Of a stretch of 64,000 bases of DNA, positions 39,992 to 50,600 are shown in pieces. The stretch lies in assembly GCA_000092065.1 (NCBI GenBank), contig CP000600.1; one strand, 5' to 3'. Under the pieces are notes generated by a model. The model was not told the origin of the DNA, ran no database searches, and saw nothing but the letters and a program-made list of their open reading frames with translations. Both the position numbers and the translations under genes were made by a program. The DNA is from Ostreococcus lucimarinus (lineage: Eukaryota). Position 1 is the first letter of the stretch. Every line of letters begins with the position of its first letter.

Positions 39992-40511
39992 CGTCTTCGC
40001 GCGCGCTCGACGTCGTCGTCACCGCGCGCGCGTCTTCGTCCGTTCGCGCGATCCCTCGCCGTTCGTCGCGTCGCGCGGCGCGCTCGCGCGCGAAAGCGCG
40101 ATCACGCGCGCCGGATGATTTTTTCGCGTCGGTTCGCGCGCGCGAGGGCGTTCTCGCGGTCGCGCGTCGCGGTGCGCCGCGCCGAATCGTCCGTCGCGCG
40201 CGCCGCGTCGGCGGCGATCGCTCGATCGCGCGCACCGTCGAACCTTCGCTCGAGGGTCGTCGTCGCGGGTACATGCGCACATCGAGGTTCGACGCGTCGA
40301 CGCCGCGATCGATCGATCGATCGACGTCGCGATCGCGCGTCGCGCGCGTCGCACACGCGCGCGTCGTCGCGCGCGGCGGACGCGTCGTCGACGCGATCGA
40401 GCGAACGAGCGGGCGTCGAGCGCGTTCGCGCGCGCGTCGACCGCGCGACGCGTCGACGCGCGCGCGCGGCGCGTCGCGCGCGACGGAAGAGGGTCGGGAC
40501 GTCACCGCGCG

Positions 40512-42458
40512 ATGCGCGGCGACGTCGCGGCGTCGACGTCGCGGTGCGCGCGCGCGGCGGGACGCGCGCGTGCTCGCGATGGGAATCGCGCGTCGAGCGC
40601 GTGCGCGCGGCGGTTGGGGGCGAAACGACGCGACGGGGGCGGGAAGGGAAGGGACGCGACGAGGCGACGCGCGCTCGCGGATTTCGCCGACGTCGCGGAG
40701 CGGGCGACGCGCGTCGCGTCGGATCACGACGCGCTCGGCGCGGTGTGGCGAGCGCGCGCGATGGGATTCACGGAGGGTTTTGAGATGCCGACGGTGGTGA
40801 TGGACGCGACGGCGCGGTCGTTCGAGGCGCTGGCGCCGAGGATCGACGCGGAGAGCGGGGTGACGCCGCTGAGCTTTGTGAAGCGCGCGGTGGAGCTGGC
40901 GCAGGACGCGATGGGATTGCTGAACGGTGAACGGCAGGAGACGGCGCTGCCGACGGGGGAGGTGGTGAGGGCGCTGGAGGATCCGGTGTATTTCGTGGAG
41001 AACATCGCGAACACGATATCGAGGGAGGCGGAGGCGGGGGCGATCATCGACGACCAGGAGTGGACCAAGGTGCTGAAATCCGTCGACGTCGACATCGGGT
41101 TGTTGCTCGCGTCTGTGGTGCTCATCGTGCCGCTGTTCAATCGCTTGAAGGTGAGCCCGGTTTTAGGGTTTTTGGGGATCGGTTTGGTGCTCAATCGCGC
41201 GGGATTGTTCATCGAGAATCAAGAGGTGGATCAGTTTTGCGAGCTCGGGATTCAGTTTTTGCTGTTTGAGATGGGTTTGGAGTTGTCGTCGAAGAAATTG
41301 AGCGGTTTGGCCAAGTACGCGTTCGGTCTCGGGCTCACGCAAGTGCTGTTCGTGAACTTGGCTTTCGCTTCCGCGCTCTTACCCGCGGGTGAGGCGCTCG
41401 GGACGAAGGTTTTGGAGTTTATCCAGCCCGGAAACGACGAAATGTTGCAAGTGAGCTCGGTTTTGGAAGCCGTCGTCATCGGTTTCGCGCTGTCGCTCTC
41501 GTCCTCGGCGTTCGGTTTGCAGCTCCTGGCCGATCGTAAGATGTTGACCACGAAATTCGGCACCGCGAGCCTGGGAGTGCTGCTGTTCCAGGATTTGGCG
41601 GTCGTGCCGTTCATCATCTTGTTGCCGGTGTTGCAGTCGTTCAAGAGCGGCGGCGCCGACGGCGGCGTCGACGTTCCCATCCTCGCCGCGGGTGGTGCGA
41701 CGTCTTTCCTCGATCTCGGGGTCTTAGCGTTCGGTGGTCGACAACTCACTCTGCTCGGCTTCCGCGCCATCTGCAGAGAAAATTGTACGAACGACGTCTT
41801 CGTCGCCATGTCGCTGTTGGTGCTCTTTGGATTTAGCTTCGCCACGAGCGCGATTGGATTTTCCGATTCTTTGGGCGCGTTTCTCGCGGGGATCATCCTC
41901 GCCGATACGCCGTACTCGCACACAATCATTCGCGAGCTTCAAGCGTTCAAAGGTTTATTCTTATCTTTGTTCTTTGTCACCATCGGTACCACGATTGACT
42001 TTCCGCTATTCCTCGACCTTTGGCCGATCGCGCTCGCCATGACGCTTACGCTGATGGCGAGCAAGACGGCCGTCATCACCGCTCTCGGTCCAGCGGTCGG
42101 TTTAACCTGGCGCGAAGCACTCGTCGCGGGGGCTTTTCTGTGTCAAGGCGGCGAATTCGCTTTCGTGATTTTCGGTCAAGCCACCTCTGGGTCGACGGGT
42201 TCGCTCTTCCCGATGGGATTGGACGAGCTTTTGGTCATCGTCGTCATCTTGTCCATGGCGCTCACGCCGTTGGCCGTCGACGCGGCGTTGGCCATCGCAG
42301 GTGCAGATTTTATGACGCCTGAGGCGACGGAGGACGAAGACGCGATCGACGTCGCGATTCAAGTCGAGGGGAACATGGAAGCGCTCGACATTGCGCGCAT
42401 GGGGAGCGATCGCATGGGCCAGTCGGTGGACGAGAGCGCGGACGGGGACAAGGTTTAA
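40512..42458 (+). CDS. KEA: K+ efflux antiporter (KEA/Kef, CPA2 family) with N-terminal soluble/transit region
   Basis: ATG verified at 40512. About 12 TM helices with the Na+/H+ exchanger fold (LLASVVLIVPLF..SPVLGFLGIGLVLN..QFLLFEMGLELS...LGVLLFQDLAVVPFIILLP...FLAGIILADTPY...GEFAFVIFGQA); acidic C-terminal tail. Confidence 0.8.
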   Translation: MRGDVAASTSRCARAAGRARARDGNRASSACARRLGAKRRDGGGKGRDATRRRALADFADVAERATRVASDHDALGAVWRARAMGFTEGFEMPTVVMDATARSFEALAPRIDAESGVTPLSFVKRAVELAQDAMGLLNGERQETALPTGEVVRALEDPVYFVENIANTISREAEAGAIIDDQEWTKVLKSVDVDIGLLLASVVLIVPLFNRLKVSPVLGFLGIGLVLNRAGLFIENQEVDQFCELGIQFLLFEMGLELSSKKLSGLAKYAFGLGLTQVLFVNLAFASALLPAGEALGTKVLEFIQPGNDEMLQVSSVLEAVVIGFALSLSSSAFGLQLLADRKMLTTKFGTASLGVLLFQDLAVVPFIILLPVLQSFKSGGADGGVDVPILAAGGATSFLDLGVLAFGGRQLTLLGFRAICRENCTNDVFVAMSLLVLFGFSFATSAIGFSDSLGAFLAGIILADTPYSHTIIRELQAFKGLFLSLFFVTIGTTIDFPLFLDLWPIALAMTLTLMASKTAVITALGPAVGLTWREALVAGAFLCQGGEFAFVIFGQATSGSTGSLFPMGLDELLVIVVILSMALTPLAVDAALAIAGADFMTPEATEDEDAIDVAIQVEGNMEALDIARMGSDRMGQSVDESADGDKV

Positions 42459-42559
42459 ATTATTCATCATCAAACGTAACTTCATGTTGTAGATTAGGAT
42501 ATTATAGAGAAAGTTCGTACAAGTGGTTAATACAATACAAACGGCATAATTCGACAACG

Positions 42560-43570
42560 CTACGCGCTCTCCGATTCCATGGACGAATTTTGCGCCGCGT
42601 AATCGAGGGTCGAGTTTTCCAGAGACGCCTCCATCTCCGCGATCTCGCGCTCGAGTTTTTCAACCTCCTCTGGAGATAAGTTACCAAGATCGCTCGACGC
42701 ATCGGTGGACTCGTCGCCGTCGTCCTCGTCGCCGTCGCTCGTCCGGATGAACGCGTGCAAGTCTCTGTTTTCGCGCTGCAACCGTTTGTTCTCGTGCGTC
42801 AGGGAAGACTTTTCACTCATCAACGCCTCCACCTGCGCGCGAAGCTGATCGACGAGCGCCACCATCTCCGGACTCGCTTTCGCCTCGCGCGCGACTTGTC
42901 GTTTCTGAAGAGCCAAGTTTTGACGCTTCAATTCCTCCGCGAGGCGCGTCGTCTCCCGCTCGCGCGCCTTCGCCGCGGCGACCTCTCGCCGCAACGCCTC
43001 CATCTCCAACGCGCTCGAATCGTCGTCCCGCGTCCCGAACGTCATCGCTCGCGGCGTTACGGGTACGTTTTCTTTCCCCGTCGGCGCTCTCGCGTTCGTC
43101 GTCGTAAACTTCGTTCTCGTCCATCCCTCGTCGTCGTCCTTCTTCCCGTCGTTCGCGTCCCACGAATCCGCCGCGCGGTCGAACACCTCCCCCAGATAAC
43201 TCGCCCCTCGCGTCAGCGCCGACACCGCCGCCGACGTCGCCCCGATCGATTTCACGATCATCGCGTCGATCGCGTCGTCCACCGCGCCCAGCGCGACCTC
43301 CGGCGTCGCCGTCGCGCCTCCGCGGCTTCGCGTCTTGCTCGGCGACCCGTCGTCGCGCGCGCGTCGCGTCTTCCCTCTCGCCCCGCCCCACGCGCTGTCC
43401 AGCGCCGCGCGCTGGAGCGCGTCGCCGTCGCGGCGTTTCTCACGCGTCGTCGTCCGCGACGCGAACCATCCGTCGTCGTCGTCGTCGCGTCGCGTCGTCG
43501 GCGTGCGATGCGTCGTTCGGCGTTCGTACCCCTCCGGCGTCATCATCGCGCTCGCGCCGCCTCGTCGCAT
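42560..43570 (-). CDS. hypothetical coiled-coil protein
   Basis: C-terminal heptad-rich region (ALRREVAAAKARERETTRLAEELKRQNLALQKRQVAREAKASPEMVALVDQLRAQVEALMSEKSSLTHENKRLQRENRDLHAF). A candidate ATG at 43570 was chosen because the ORF's upstream 210 codons overlap the Kazal gene on the other strand. Confidence 0.3.
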   Translation of the reverse strand: MRRGGASAMMTPEGYERRTTHRTPTTRRDDDDDGWFASRTTTREKRRDGDALQRAALDSAWGGARGKTRRARDDGSPSKTRSRGGATATPEVALGAVDDAIDAMIVKSIGATSAAVSALTRGASYLGEVFDRAADSWDANDGKKDDDEGWTRTKFTTTNARAPTGKENVPVTPRAMTFGTRDDDSSALEMEALRREVAAAKARERETTRLAEELKRQNLALQKRQVAREAKASPEMVALVDQLRAQVEALMSEKSSLTHENKRLQRENRDLHAFIRTSDGDEDDGDESTDASSDLGNLSPEEVEKLEREIAEMEASLENSTLDYAAQNSSMESESA

Positions 43571-43778
43571 CGCTTTCGGGGCTCGCGTTCGGCGCGCGCT
43601 TTCGGCTCGATCGCGCGGTTCGTCCTCGCGCGCTTCCCGCGCGTCGCGCGCGCGCGTCGCGATGCGTCGCCGCGCGCGCGCGTCGACGGACGTTGACGGG
43701 TGACGTTTCAAACACGGATCTCGAGATACGAAACGTCGTTCGTTCGTCGGGACGTCGACGCGAGAGGCGGACGCGTCG

Positions 43779-44249
43779 ATGTCGACGTCGACGGCGCTGA
43801 AACTGCTGGCGCTGCTGCTCGCGAGCGTCGCGCGCGACGCGCGGAGCGCGCGCGCGACGCCGGCGCCGGTGCGCGCGCTGGCGCCGATGGCGGTGGCGGC
43901 GGGGGCGGGAGACGGCGTCGCGAACGCGCTGGACGCGTGCCGGGCGCGGTGCGGCGACGAGGCGTTCGCGCCGGTGTGCGCGGCGAACGGGGCGGCGACG
44001 TACGCGAATAAATGTTGGGCGAACTGTGCGTTCGCGAGCGGACTGCTCGGGAGCGGCGCGCGCGTGAATTTCGTGGTGGACGGCGCGTGCGCGAATCCGA
44101 CGCGGTTTCGAAATCCCTCGTTCGCGTGCGCGACGGCGTGCGCGCAGGTGTACGAACCCGTGTGCGGCGAGAACGGGGTTTCGTACTCGAACGGGTGCAT
44201 CGCGGAGTGTTCAGGCGTGAGATACGTGCGCGGGTCGTGTCACGCGTGA
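43779..44249 (+). CDS. secreted double Kazal-type serine protease inhibitor
   Basis: ATG verified at 43779. Signal peptide MSTSTALKLLALLLASVARDARSA. Two Kazal motifs: CRARCGDEAFAPVCAANGAATYANKCWANCA and CATACAQVYEPVCGENGVSYSNGCIAECSG (C..PVCG..G.TY.N.C). Confidence 0.7.
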   Translation: MSTSTALKLLALLLASVARDARSARATPAPVRALAPMAVAAGAGDGVANALDACRARCGDEAFAPVCAANGAATYANKCWANCAFASGLLGSGARVNFVVDGACANPTRFRNPSFACATACAQVYEPVCGENGVSYSNGCIAECSGVRYVRGSCHA

Positions 44250-44312
44250 GCGCGGGCGCGATGACTTTTGTGATTACGAGGCGTTCGCGTTTACGAGGTC
44301 TCGAGGCGGACG

Positions 44313-45377
44313 CTACGGCTTAAACCGCCACGTCTTGACCGTTCCGTCGTCCGAGGCGGACATCAGGAGGGATGAATCGTGCGGAGACCACTGGACGTCG
44401 TTCACGTCGTCGTCGTGCGCGTTTTCCACGGTCACTATCTCTCGCCAAGTTCCATCAATCTCGGCGTACAGGCGAATGGAATTATCGCCCCCCCCCGCGG
44501 CGACGACGCCGTTCTTCCCCCACGAGCAGCTCAGCACCGCGCGATCGTGCCCGCACGCGAACCGCGCGCCGAACTCTAACTCCGTGTCACAAAACCCACG
44601 CCCGTTCCACACGATCAGCGCCCCATCGCCGCCGCACGTGACGCATCTCGTCCCCCGCGATCCGTCGTCCAGCGCTCGCGGCTCAAAGCTCGCGCACCAA
44701 ACCGTCCCCTCGTGTCCCTCCCCGTGCGCGCCGTCTTCCCCCCCCAGCACCTGCGCGCACGACCAGTCGTCCCCATCCGCGTCCTCTCTCCACACTCGCA
44801 CGCTCTCGTCGTAACTCACGCTCACCAGCACGTCCTCCGTCGGATGCCACGTCACTCGCTTGACGTCGCCGCCGTGTCCGTGCAGCGCCGCCGCGCACTC
44901 GAACTCCTCATCTCCGTACCGCTCCCACACCCACACCGTCCGATCGCGTCCGCACGTCGCCAGCAACGATCCCGACCGCGACCACGCGCACGATTTCACC
45001 TCGCTCTCGTGTCCCTCGACCGCGCACGCGCGCGTCCACCGCTCGTCGTCGCCGTCGCCGCCGCCGTCGCCGCCGCCGTCGCCGTCCTCGCCCCGTCCCT
45101 CGCGTCGGTGCACCGTCGTCGCGCCGTCGAACGACGCGACGGCGACGAGGCGTCCGCACGGCGACACCGCGCACGCGCGCGCCGCGCGGTCGCACTTTTC
45201 GAGCGTCTCGACGACGCGCCAGTTTCGACGCGTCGACGCGTCGGCGCGCACGCGCGCCGTCGCGCCCGAGGATTCGCACGCGAACGCGACGCCGGCGCGC
45301 GAGGGGTCGTGCGCGACCGCCCAGACCGCGCGCGGCCGGCGCAGGACGACGGCGTCGGCGTCCAGCGCGGGCGCCAT
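44313..45377 (-). CDS. CIAO1: cytosolic Fe-S assembly WD40 protein CIAO1/Cia1
   Basis: ATG at 45377. VEGHESEVKSCAWSRSGSLLATCGRDRTVWVWE...EFECAAALHGHGGDVKRVTWHPTEDVLVSVSYDESVRVWRED..DDWSCAQVL.GHEGTVWCASF...LLMSASDDGTVKTWRFKP parallels human CIAO1 repeat by repeat. Confidence 0.85.
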   Translation of the reverse strand: MAPALDADAVVLRRPRAVWAVAHDPSRAGVAFACESSGATARVRADASTRRNWRVVETLEKCDRAARACAVSPCGRLVAVASFDGATTVHRREGRGEDGDGGGDGGGDGDDERWTRACAVEGHESEVKSCAWSRSGSLLATCGRDRTVWVWERYGDEEFECAAALHGHGGDVKRVTWHPTEDVLVSVSYDESVRVWREDADGDDWSCAQVLGGEDGAHGEGHEGTVWCASFEPRALDDGSRGTRCVTCGGDGALIVWNGRGFCDTELEFGARFACGHDRAVLSCSWGKNGVVAAGGGDNSIRLYAEIDGTWREIVTVENAHDDDVNDVQWSPHDSSLLMSASDDGTVKTWRFKP

Positions 45378-45575
45378 GCCGAGAGATCGACGCGCGACGA
45401 CGAGTGCGGCACATCGCGACGCCGAGACGGCGTCGACGCGACGCGCGAGACGACGACGACGCGCGCGAAACATTCGCCCTCGTCGCGACGCGCACAGAGC
45501 GACGGACGCGCGCGGAGCGACGCGCACAGAGCGCGCGAGAGATTTGAATTTTAAATCATCGCGCAGCGCGGAAAG

Positions 45576-46346
45576 ATGACGGCGACGACGACGCCGGACG
45601 ACGCGATGGAGGACGCGCGTCCGTCGCGCGACCGCGGCGCGCGCGTCGCGGAGTTGCGGGCGTCGTTCGAGAGCGCGCTGCGGGCGTGCGCGGAGCCGCC
45701 GACGGCGCAGGTGGGTGGACGCGAGACGACGCGGTGGTTCCCCCGCGCGCGACGCGCGCGCGGATGAGGAAAGGAGACGCGCGAGGCGTCGCGAAGGCGC
45801 GAGGCGAGCGAGCGACGAGAGACGATGGAGGACTGACTCGCGATGCGATCGATCGGCGCGTCGGCGCAGGAATTCATACGCGCGTTTCCGGGGTTGAATC
45901 CGGCGCACCACGCGGCGCTGTACGACGCGTACGCCGAGGCGTTGAGATCCGTGGGGCGACACGCCGAGGAGGAATTCGAGGCGATCTGCGAGGAAGAGAG
46001 CGTGGAGGCGCGATTGAATGCGATCGATGCGCTGTGCGCGGAGCGAGGGGTGATGGATCTGGACGTCGCGTCGAACGCGGCGCGCGTGGCGTACTCGGGA
46101 AAGTCGCCGGATGAGGTGGCGCGGAACACGCGCGCCGAGGCGAAGCGAAAGGAGGCGGAGACGCTGCGCGAGGAGGCGGCGGCGCTCGAGATGGCGGCGC
46201 AGGAGACGATCGCCGCGTTAGAGGCGAAGCGCGAGGCGGTTCGGGCGGCGGCGACCGGGCTGAAGACTGGCACGCAGGGCGGCGACGTCGTGCAAGACGC
46301 GTCGACGCGGTGGGCGGCGCGAGCGCCGCAGCCGCTCAAGTCTTGA
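45576..46346 (+). CDS. NNF1: NNF1/PMF1-like kinetochore (MIS12-complex) protein; exons 45576-45710 and 45870-46346, intron 45711-45869
   Basis: Exon 1 ...RVAELRASFESALRACAEPPTAQ ends at donor GTGGGT (45711). Acceptor GCGCAG at 45864-45869 with GACTGAC upstream. Exon 2 EFIRAFPGLNPAHHAALYDAYAEALRSVGRHAEEEFEAICEEESVEARLNAIDALCAE is similar to PMF1 FTDCYKCFYQLQPAMTQQIYDKFIAQLQTSIREEISDIKEEGNLEAVLNALDKIVEE; C-terminal coiled coil. The single-exon alternative 45843-46346 is also possible. Confidence 0.5.
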
Positions 46347-46414
46347 TCTAGTTTCAAATATTGTAACAATGTTTCCTACCTCCCTATCACTATCGCTAAT
46401 ACCGACTGATGCGG

Positions 46415-47509
46415 CTACAGCTTCGAGTCGCTCGCCGCGGCGAAGTACGAAGTCGCGTCGACGGCGGGCATCCATCCTCCGGGCGGCGGCGCGCCGACTT
46501 TGTCGATCAACACCGCCTCGACGCCGCGTCGGAAATCCGGGGCGTGGATGAACTTGACGATGAGAGCGTTGTCCATCGCTAAAACCCACTCCAGCGATTT
46601 CCCTCGCGATCGCCGCATGAGCTCTAAGGACACGCCCAGGCTCGTCGGCGACGCCTTGGCGACGCTCTCTCGGCACTCCGCGAAAAACGCTCGCTCCGCC
46701 TCGCTCTCCGCCGCGTCTTCTTTTCGCGCGATCTCGCGCGTGATATCATCCAGCGACATGGCGTCGTTCCCGAACACCTCGTCGATCATCGCGCGCCCGC
46801 GTTCGCTGGTCAAGTACGACGTCGCCGCCGGTTCGTCCCGCTCGCCGCTCGCCGCCGCGCGCGCTAAATCCTCCACGCTCGCCCCGCGCTCGAGCGCGTT
46901 CACGCGTTTCTCCGTCTCTCGATCCCAAACCTCCATCGTGACGTAATGCGTGGCGAGTCCGATGCGCTTGCAATCGATCCCTCGAACGCGCGCCCCCGTG
47001 AGGCTCAGGCACGTCGCGTACGCGTGCCCGCACAGCGCGTTCAAAAACCATCCCGCGCCCACGTCCGGGTACAGCCCGATCGCGCACTCCGGCATCGCAA
47101 ACACCGTCGCATCCGTCGCGACGCGCACGGGACAATAACAACTCAACCCCGCGCCGCCGCCCATGACGACGCCGTTCCACACGCACGCGCTCGGCTTGCG
47201 CAGCGCGTGCAGCGCCGCGTTCAGCGCGAACTCCCGATCGAAGAACGCGATCGCGCCGTCGACGTCGCCGCGAACCACCATTTCGCGAACGGCGCGAACG
47301 TCGCCGCCGGCGCAGAACGCGCGCGAGCCGTGGCCTCGCAGGAGGTAGCACGCCGCGGCGTCGTCGCGCTCGGCGCGCTGGAACAATTCGTGCAAACGCT
47401 CCACGGCGTCGCGGTTGAGGGCGTTGAGCGCGCGCGGGCGATCGATGGTGACGTGCACGACGTTGTTTACGAGCGTCGCGCGCACGGGCTCGGGCTCGGG
47501 CTCGGACAT
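46415..47509 (-). CDS. HIBCH: 3-hydroxyisobutyryl-CoA hydrolase-like (crotonase/enoyl-CoA hydratase superfamily)
   Basis: ATG verified at 47509. CAGGDVRAV..FFDREFALNAALHALRKPSACVWNGVVMGGGAGLSCYCPVRVATDATVFAMPECAIGLYPDVGAGWFL is the HIBCH/CHY1 signature; C-terminal helical domain. Confidence 0.8.
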   Translation of the reverse strand: MSEPEPEPVRATLVNNVVHVTIDRPRALNALNRDAVERLHELFQRAERDDAAACYLLRGHGSRAFCAGGDVRAVREMVVRGDVDGAIAFFDREFALNAALHALRKPSACVWNGVVMGGGAGLSCYCPVRVATDATVFAMPECAIGLYPDVGAGWFLNALCGHAYATCLSLTGARVRGIDCKRIGLATHYVTMEVWDRETEKRVNALERGASVEDLARAAASGERDEPAATSYLTSERGRAMIDEVFGNDAMSLDDITREIARKEDAAESEAERAFFAECRESVAKASPTSLGVSLELMRRSRGKSLEWVLAMDNALIVKFIHAPDFRRGVEAVLIDKVGAPPPGGWMPAVDATSYFAAASDSKL

Positions 47510-47615
47510 CGCGCGCGTCGACGTGCGGACGGGCGGCGGGGCGCGCCCGGGGCCTTGGCGCGCGGGACGGGACGGGACGGCGACGACGCGCGAACGGCAC
47601 GGTTGCGATGAATGA

Positions 47616-50600
47616 TTAAAAGGCGCGCTTGGGGCGCTTCCTCAAGATGCGAGCGACGGGAGGCCGTGGACTCGGTTCGTCGCCGTCGCTGTCGCCGTCG
47701 GTGTCGAAATCAAAGGTGTGCTTGAGGGGAGAAAAGTCGGCGCGATCGCGCTCGGCTTTGGCGCGCTTCTTGGCGTCAGACGTGGGGATCTTGGACGTGA
47801 GCGCGATGAGCGGACCGGGAACTGGATTCACCGCCAAAGTGAGCGGATCGTTTGCGGCCACGCTCGGCATGGCGTGGAGCTCGTTCGCGCACATCATCTT
47901 GCGCTTCTTCGTTCGCTCGCCAGCGTTCGTCGTCGTCGTCGTCGTCGTCGCGGTGAGGTCTGATTTGGACGAGGAATGCGGCGGTGGGTTTTCCACGGGC
48001 GATGCGTCGTGCGTCGTGGGAGAAGGTTCCGATGAAGTGCGCTCGGCGGTTTCTTCCGTTTGCACGGCGGTTTCAGGCTCGTCAAAATCGTACGTTTGCA
48101 CGGCAATTTCGCGCCGCGGAGACTCACCAAAGTCGTCCGTCTGCACGGCGATTTCGCGCCGCGGCGATGCCGATACCGTTGGCTGTTTCGCTGACGCAGT
48201 GTATTCCGTCTGTGTTTGGACATCCTTCATCGGGGTTGAGGACTTCGATTGCGGCGAAGTCGCCTTCTCCATCTGAGCGTTCCCCTTCGTCGACTTGATA
48301 ATCGGTGCCGGACTCTGCACCTCGATTTCGTCCGTATCGACGTCGGGGTCGGCGTCCGGCACCAAGGTACCTTGGATCGATTCCTCTCGGTCATCGATGA
48401 CTGTGGTTTGTTCTTCCTCGCCGACTGTGATTTGTTCTTCTTCCTCGCCGACTGTGGTTTGTTCTTCTTCCTCGCCGACTGTGATTTGTTCTTCTTCCTC
48501 GACGGGTTCGATTTGATCTTCGTCTTCCTCGACGGGTTCGATTTGATCTTCGTCTTCCTCGACGGGTTCGATTTGATCTTCGTCTTCCTCGACGGGGACG
48601 ATTTGTTGCTCCGTCACCTCGATTGACTCTTCTTCATTCGCCTCCATCTCCGGCGCCGCGGGCGCTTCTGCGGGCATGTGTATCTGTAGAGGGAATTCAT
48701 CTAAACCAACATTGATACCATCGTCCGCAGCTTTGATCGCATCGGTAATAGCCGGACTTAAGACGGGCGGTTTCGTCAACTGGAAAGGAAGCGCACCGAT
48801 TTCTGAGAGCGCAATCAGCTTCTTTGCCTTTTCCGCCCTGGAGAGCGGCTCGCGAGCCTCTGAGCCAAGGATGAGACTCGTCACCGTCATGTGTGAATGC
48901 GCGAGTTTCACGTCTGGCGAGATCACAGTGAACATCGAAGGTTTCGCAACGCGTGCTCTAAATTCCGGCATGACTTGTTTCTTCACGTAAGGACTCATAC
49001 ACGTCAAGCATGCTTGCATGGCGTCTTCGCTCGCGATGAGAATGTAGGGCGTATAAAATTTCTCAATTTCTTTCGTCGCCTTTTCGATGATGAGATCATT
49101 CATCGTGCACGCTGTATGGGATATAGCGTTAATCACGTCCGTCATCATCGCCCTGACACCCTCCGGTGGCGGCACTTCAGTGGTCTCGTCCAACGGATGG
49201 AAGGCGCACATCAAACCAGCGGTGACTGACTTGAGTTGTCGATTTATCTCGATTTGAATGTTCTTCGTACATTCGAGCCAAAGACGCGTGGTACTCTCCC
49301 CAGCAACTTTCGCTGAATTCATGTACGCATATCTATGCGCCGGGCTCAACTTGAATTTAGTTAGCGCTAAATTGAAGAGCGCTCGCATCATGGCGCGCTT
49401 CGGATCATCTTCGGGGCCTGCGAGACTCGCAATCTGATTTTTCACCAAAGCGCCAAACATCAATTCGCCAGTACTTTGATCAGAGACGAGAGAGTGACAC
49501 CAAGCAGCATTGACACTCTCACAGACTTGGAATAATAATCCTCGAGGCTTTTGCGGCGTGTTTTTTCCGTTAAAGTTGAAGTAGAAAGTTGCCTCCAAGA
49601 CCTTTCCAAAGTAATCCACCGCCTCGATGATAAATCCACGCACGTCTGCTGGCGTTCGAATGTCATGGATGCGTTCCTCAGGCCTTAAATTTTTCGTCAA
49701 GACCTCACGCACGACTGCCGCGCGACCGTGCTTGATGGCATGAATATCAAGCGGCTCCATGGCTACTTTCATCGAGACCGCGATGACGCGAGTGCAAAAC
49801 TGGTGCGCTAGTTCATACACTCTTCTCGCCGCATAAGCGCCACCTTCGCCTAATCTGAACTCGATATCATCGTAAAATCCACGAAGAGAATCATCAGAAC
49901 ACGTTGGAAGCGCACAAAGCGGTTCGGCGGCGACGCAGAAAGCCTTGAGTACGTCGTGGACTCGTCGCGTCACGCGGCGCATCGCCTTCAACTGTCTTGC
50001 CCGCTTGAGCTCCTCCAGAGTGGCGTTCAAAGAACCATGACCGGTGATACTCTGCACATCAAACTTTTCAGGGTCCAAAACTTTGGCCCAAGACAGACGA
50101 AACTCGAGGAACTTCCAAGCTACCGCAATTACGGCGTTGGCTGTCTGCTTGAGCTCGCGAACACTTCCGGTTTGATCCATCAACATCTTCAGCAACTCGG
50201 CGCGGCGGACCGTGGCTATCTCTACTGTGTTTTCGTTGATGACTCGATCGATCGCCCATTGAATCTCTTCGTCCACTGGCGGGAAATCTTTTGCAAGTTC
50301 TTCCACGCTGACATCTCTACCGAGTTTACGCTTTAACAATGCGCTCGCACGTTTCAAAGTTGTCGCTGTGCTTCCCCAAATACGATCACCTTGAACGGCA
50401 TTTATGAAACGTCTAGTTGCTGGTCGAATCGCCAGTTGCTGCAAAAATCCACTTTTATGAAGCGACCGCACAATATCGCCCGTGACTTCACGCGAGTCGC
50501 CAAGGCAAATAACGGCGGCAGCGTTGCGCAAAGCGGCGACGAGATGCCTGTCTCGAGCGGGATCGGAATCGCCCGCACCGGGCGCATCGATCAGAACTAA

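Noticed and set aside
39425-40783. 452-aa plus ORF and 308-aa minus ORF (39801-40727), both extremely Arg-rich
   Set aside because: They consist of low-complexity CGN-codon strings typical of random frames in ~75% GC DNA. The region is better explained as promoter/5' region upstream of the KEA gene (ATG 40512).
42560-44200. Full 546-aa minus ORF as a single gene
   Set aside because: Its 5' 210 codons overlap the plus-strand Kazal gene, which has a clear signal peptide and domain signatures. The gene was truncated to the ATG at 43570.
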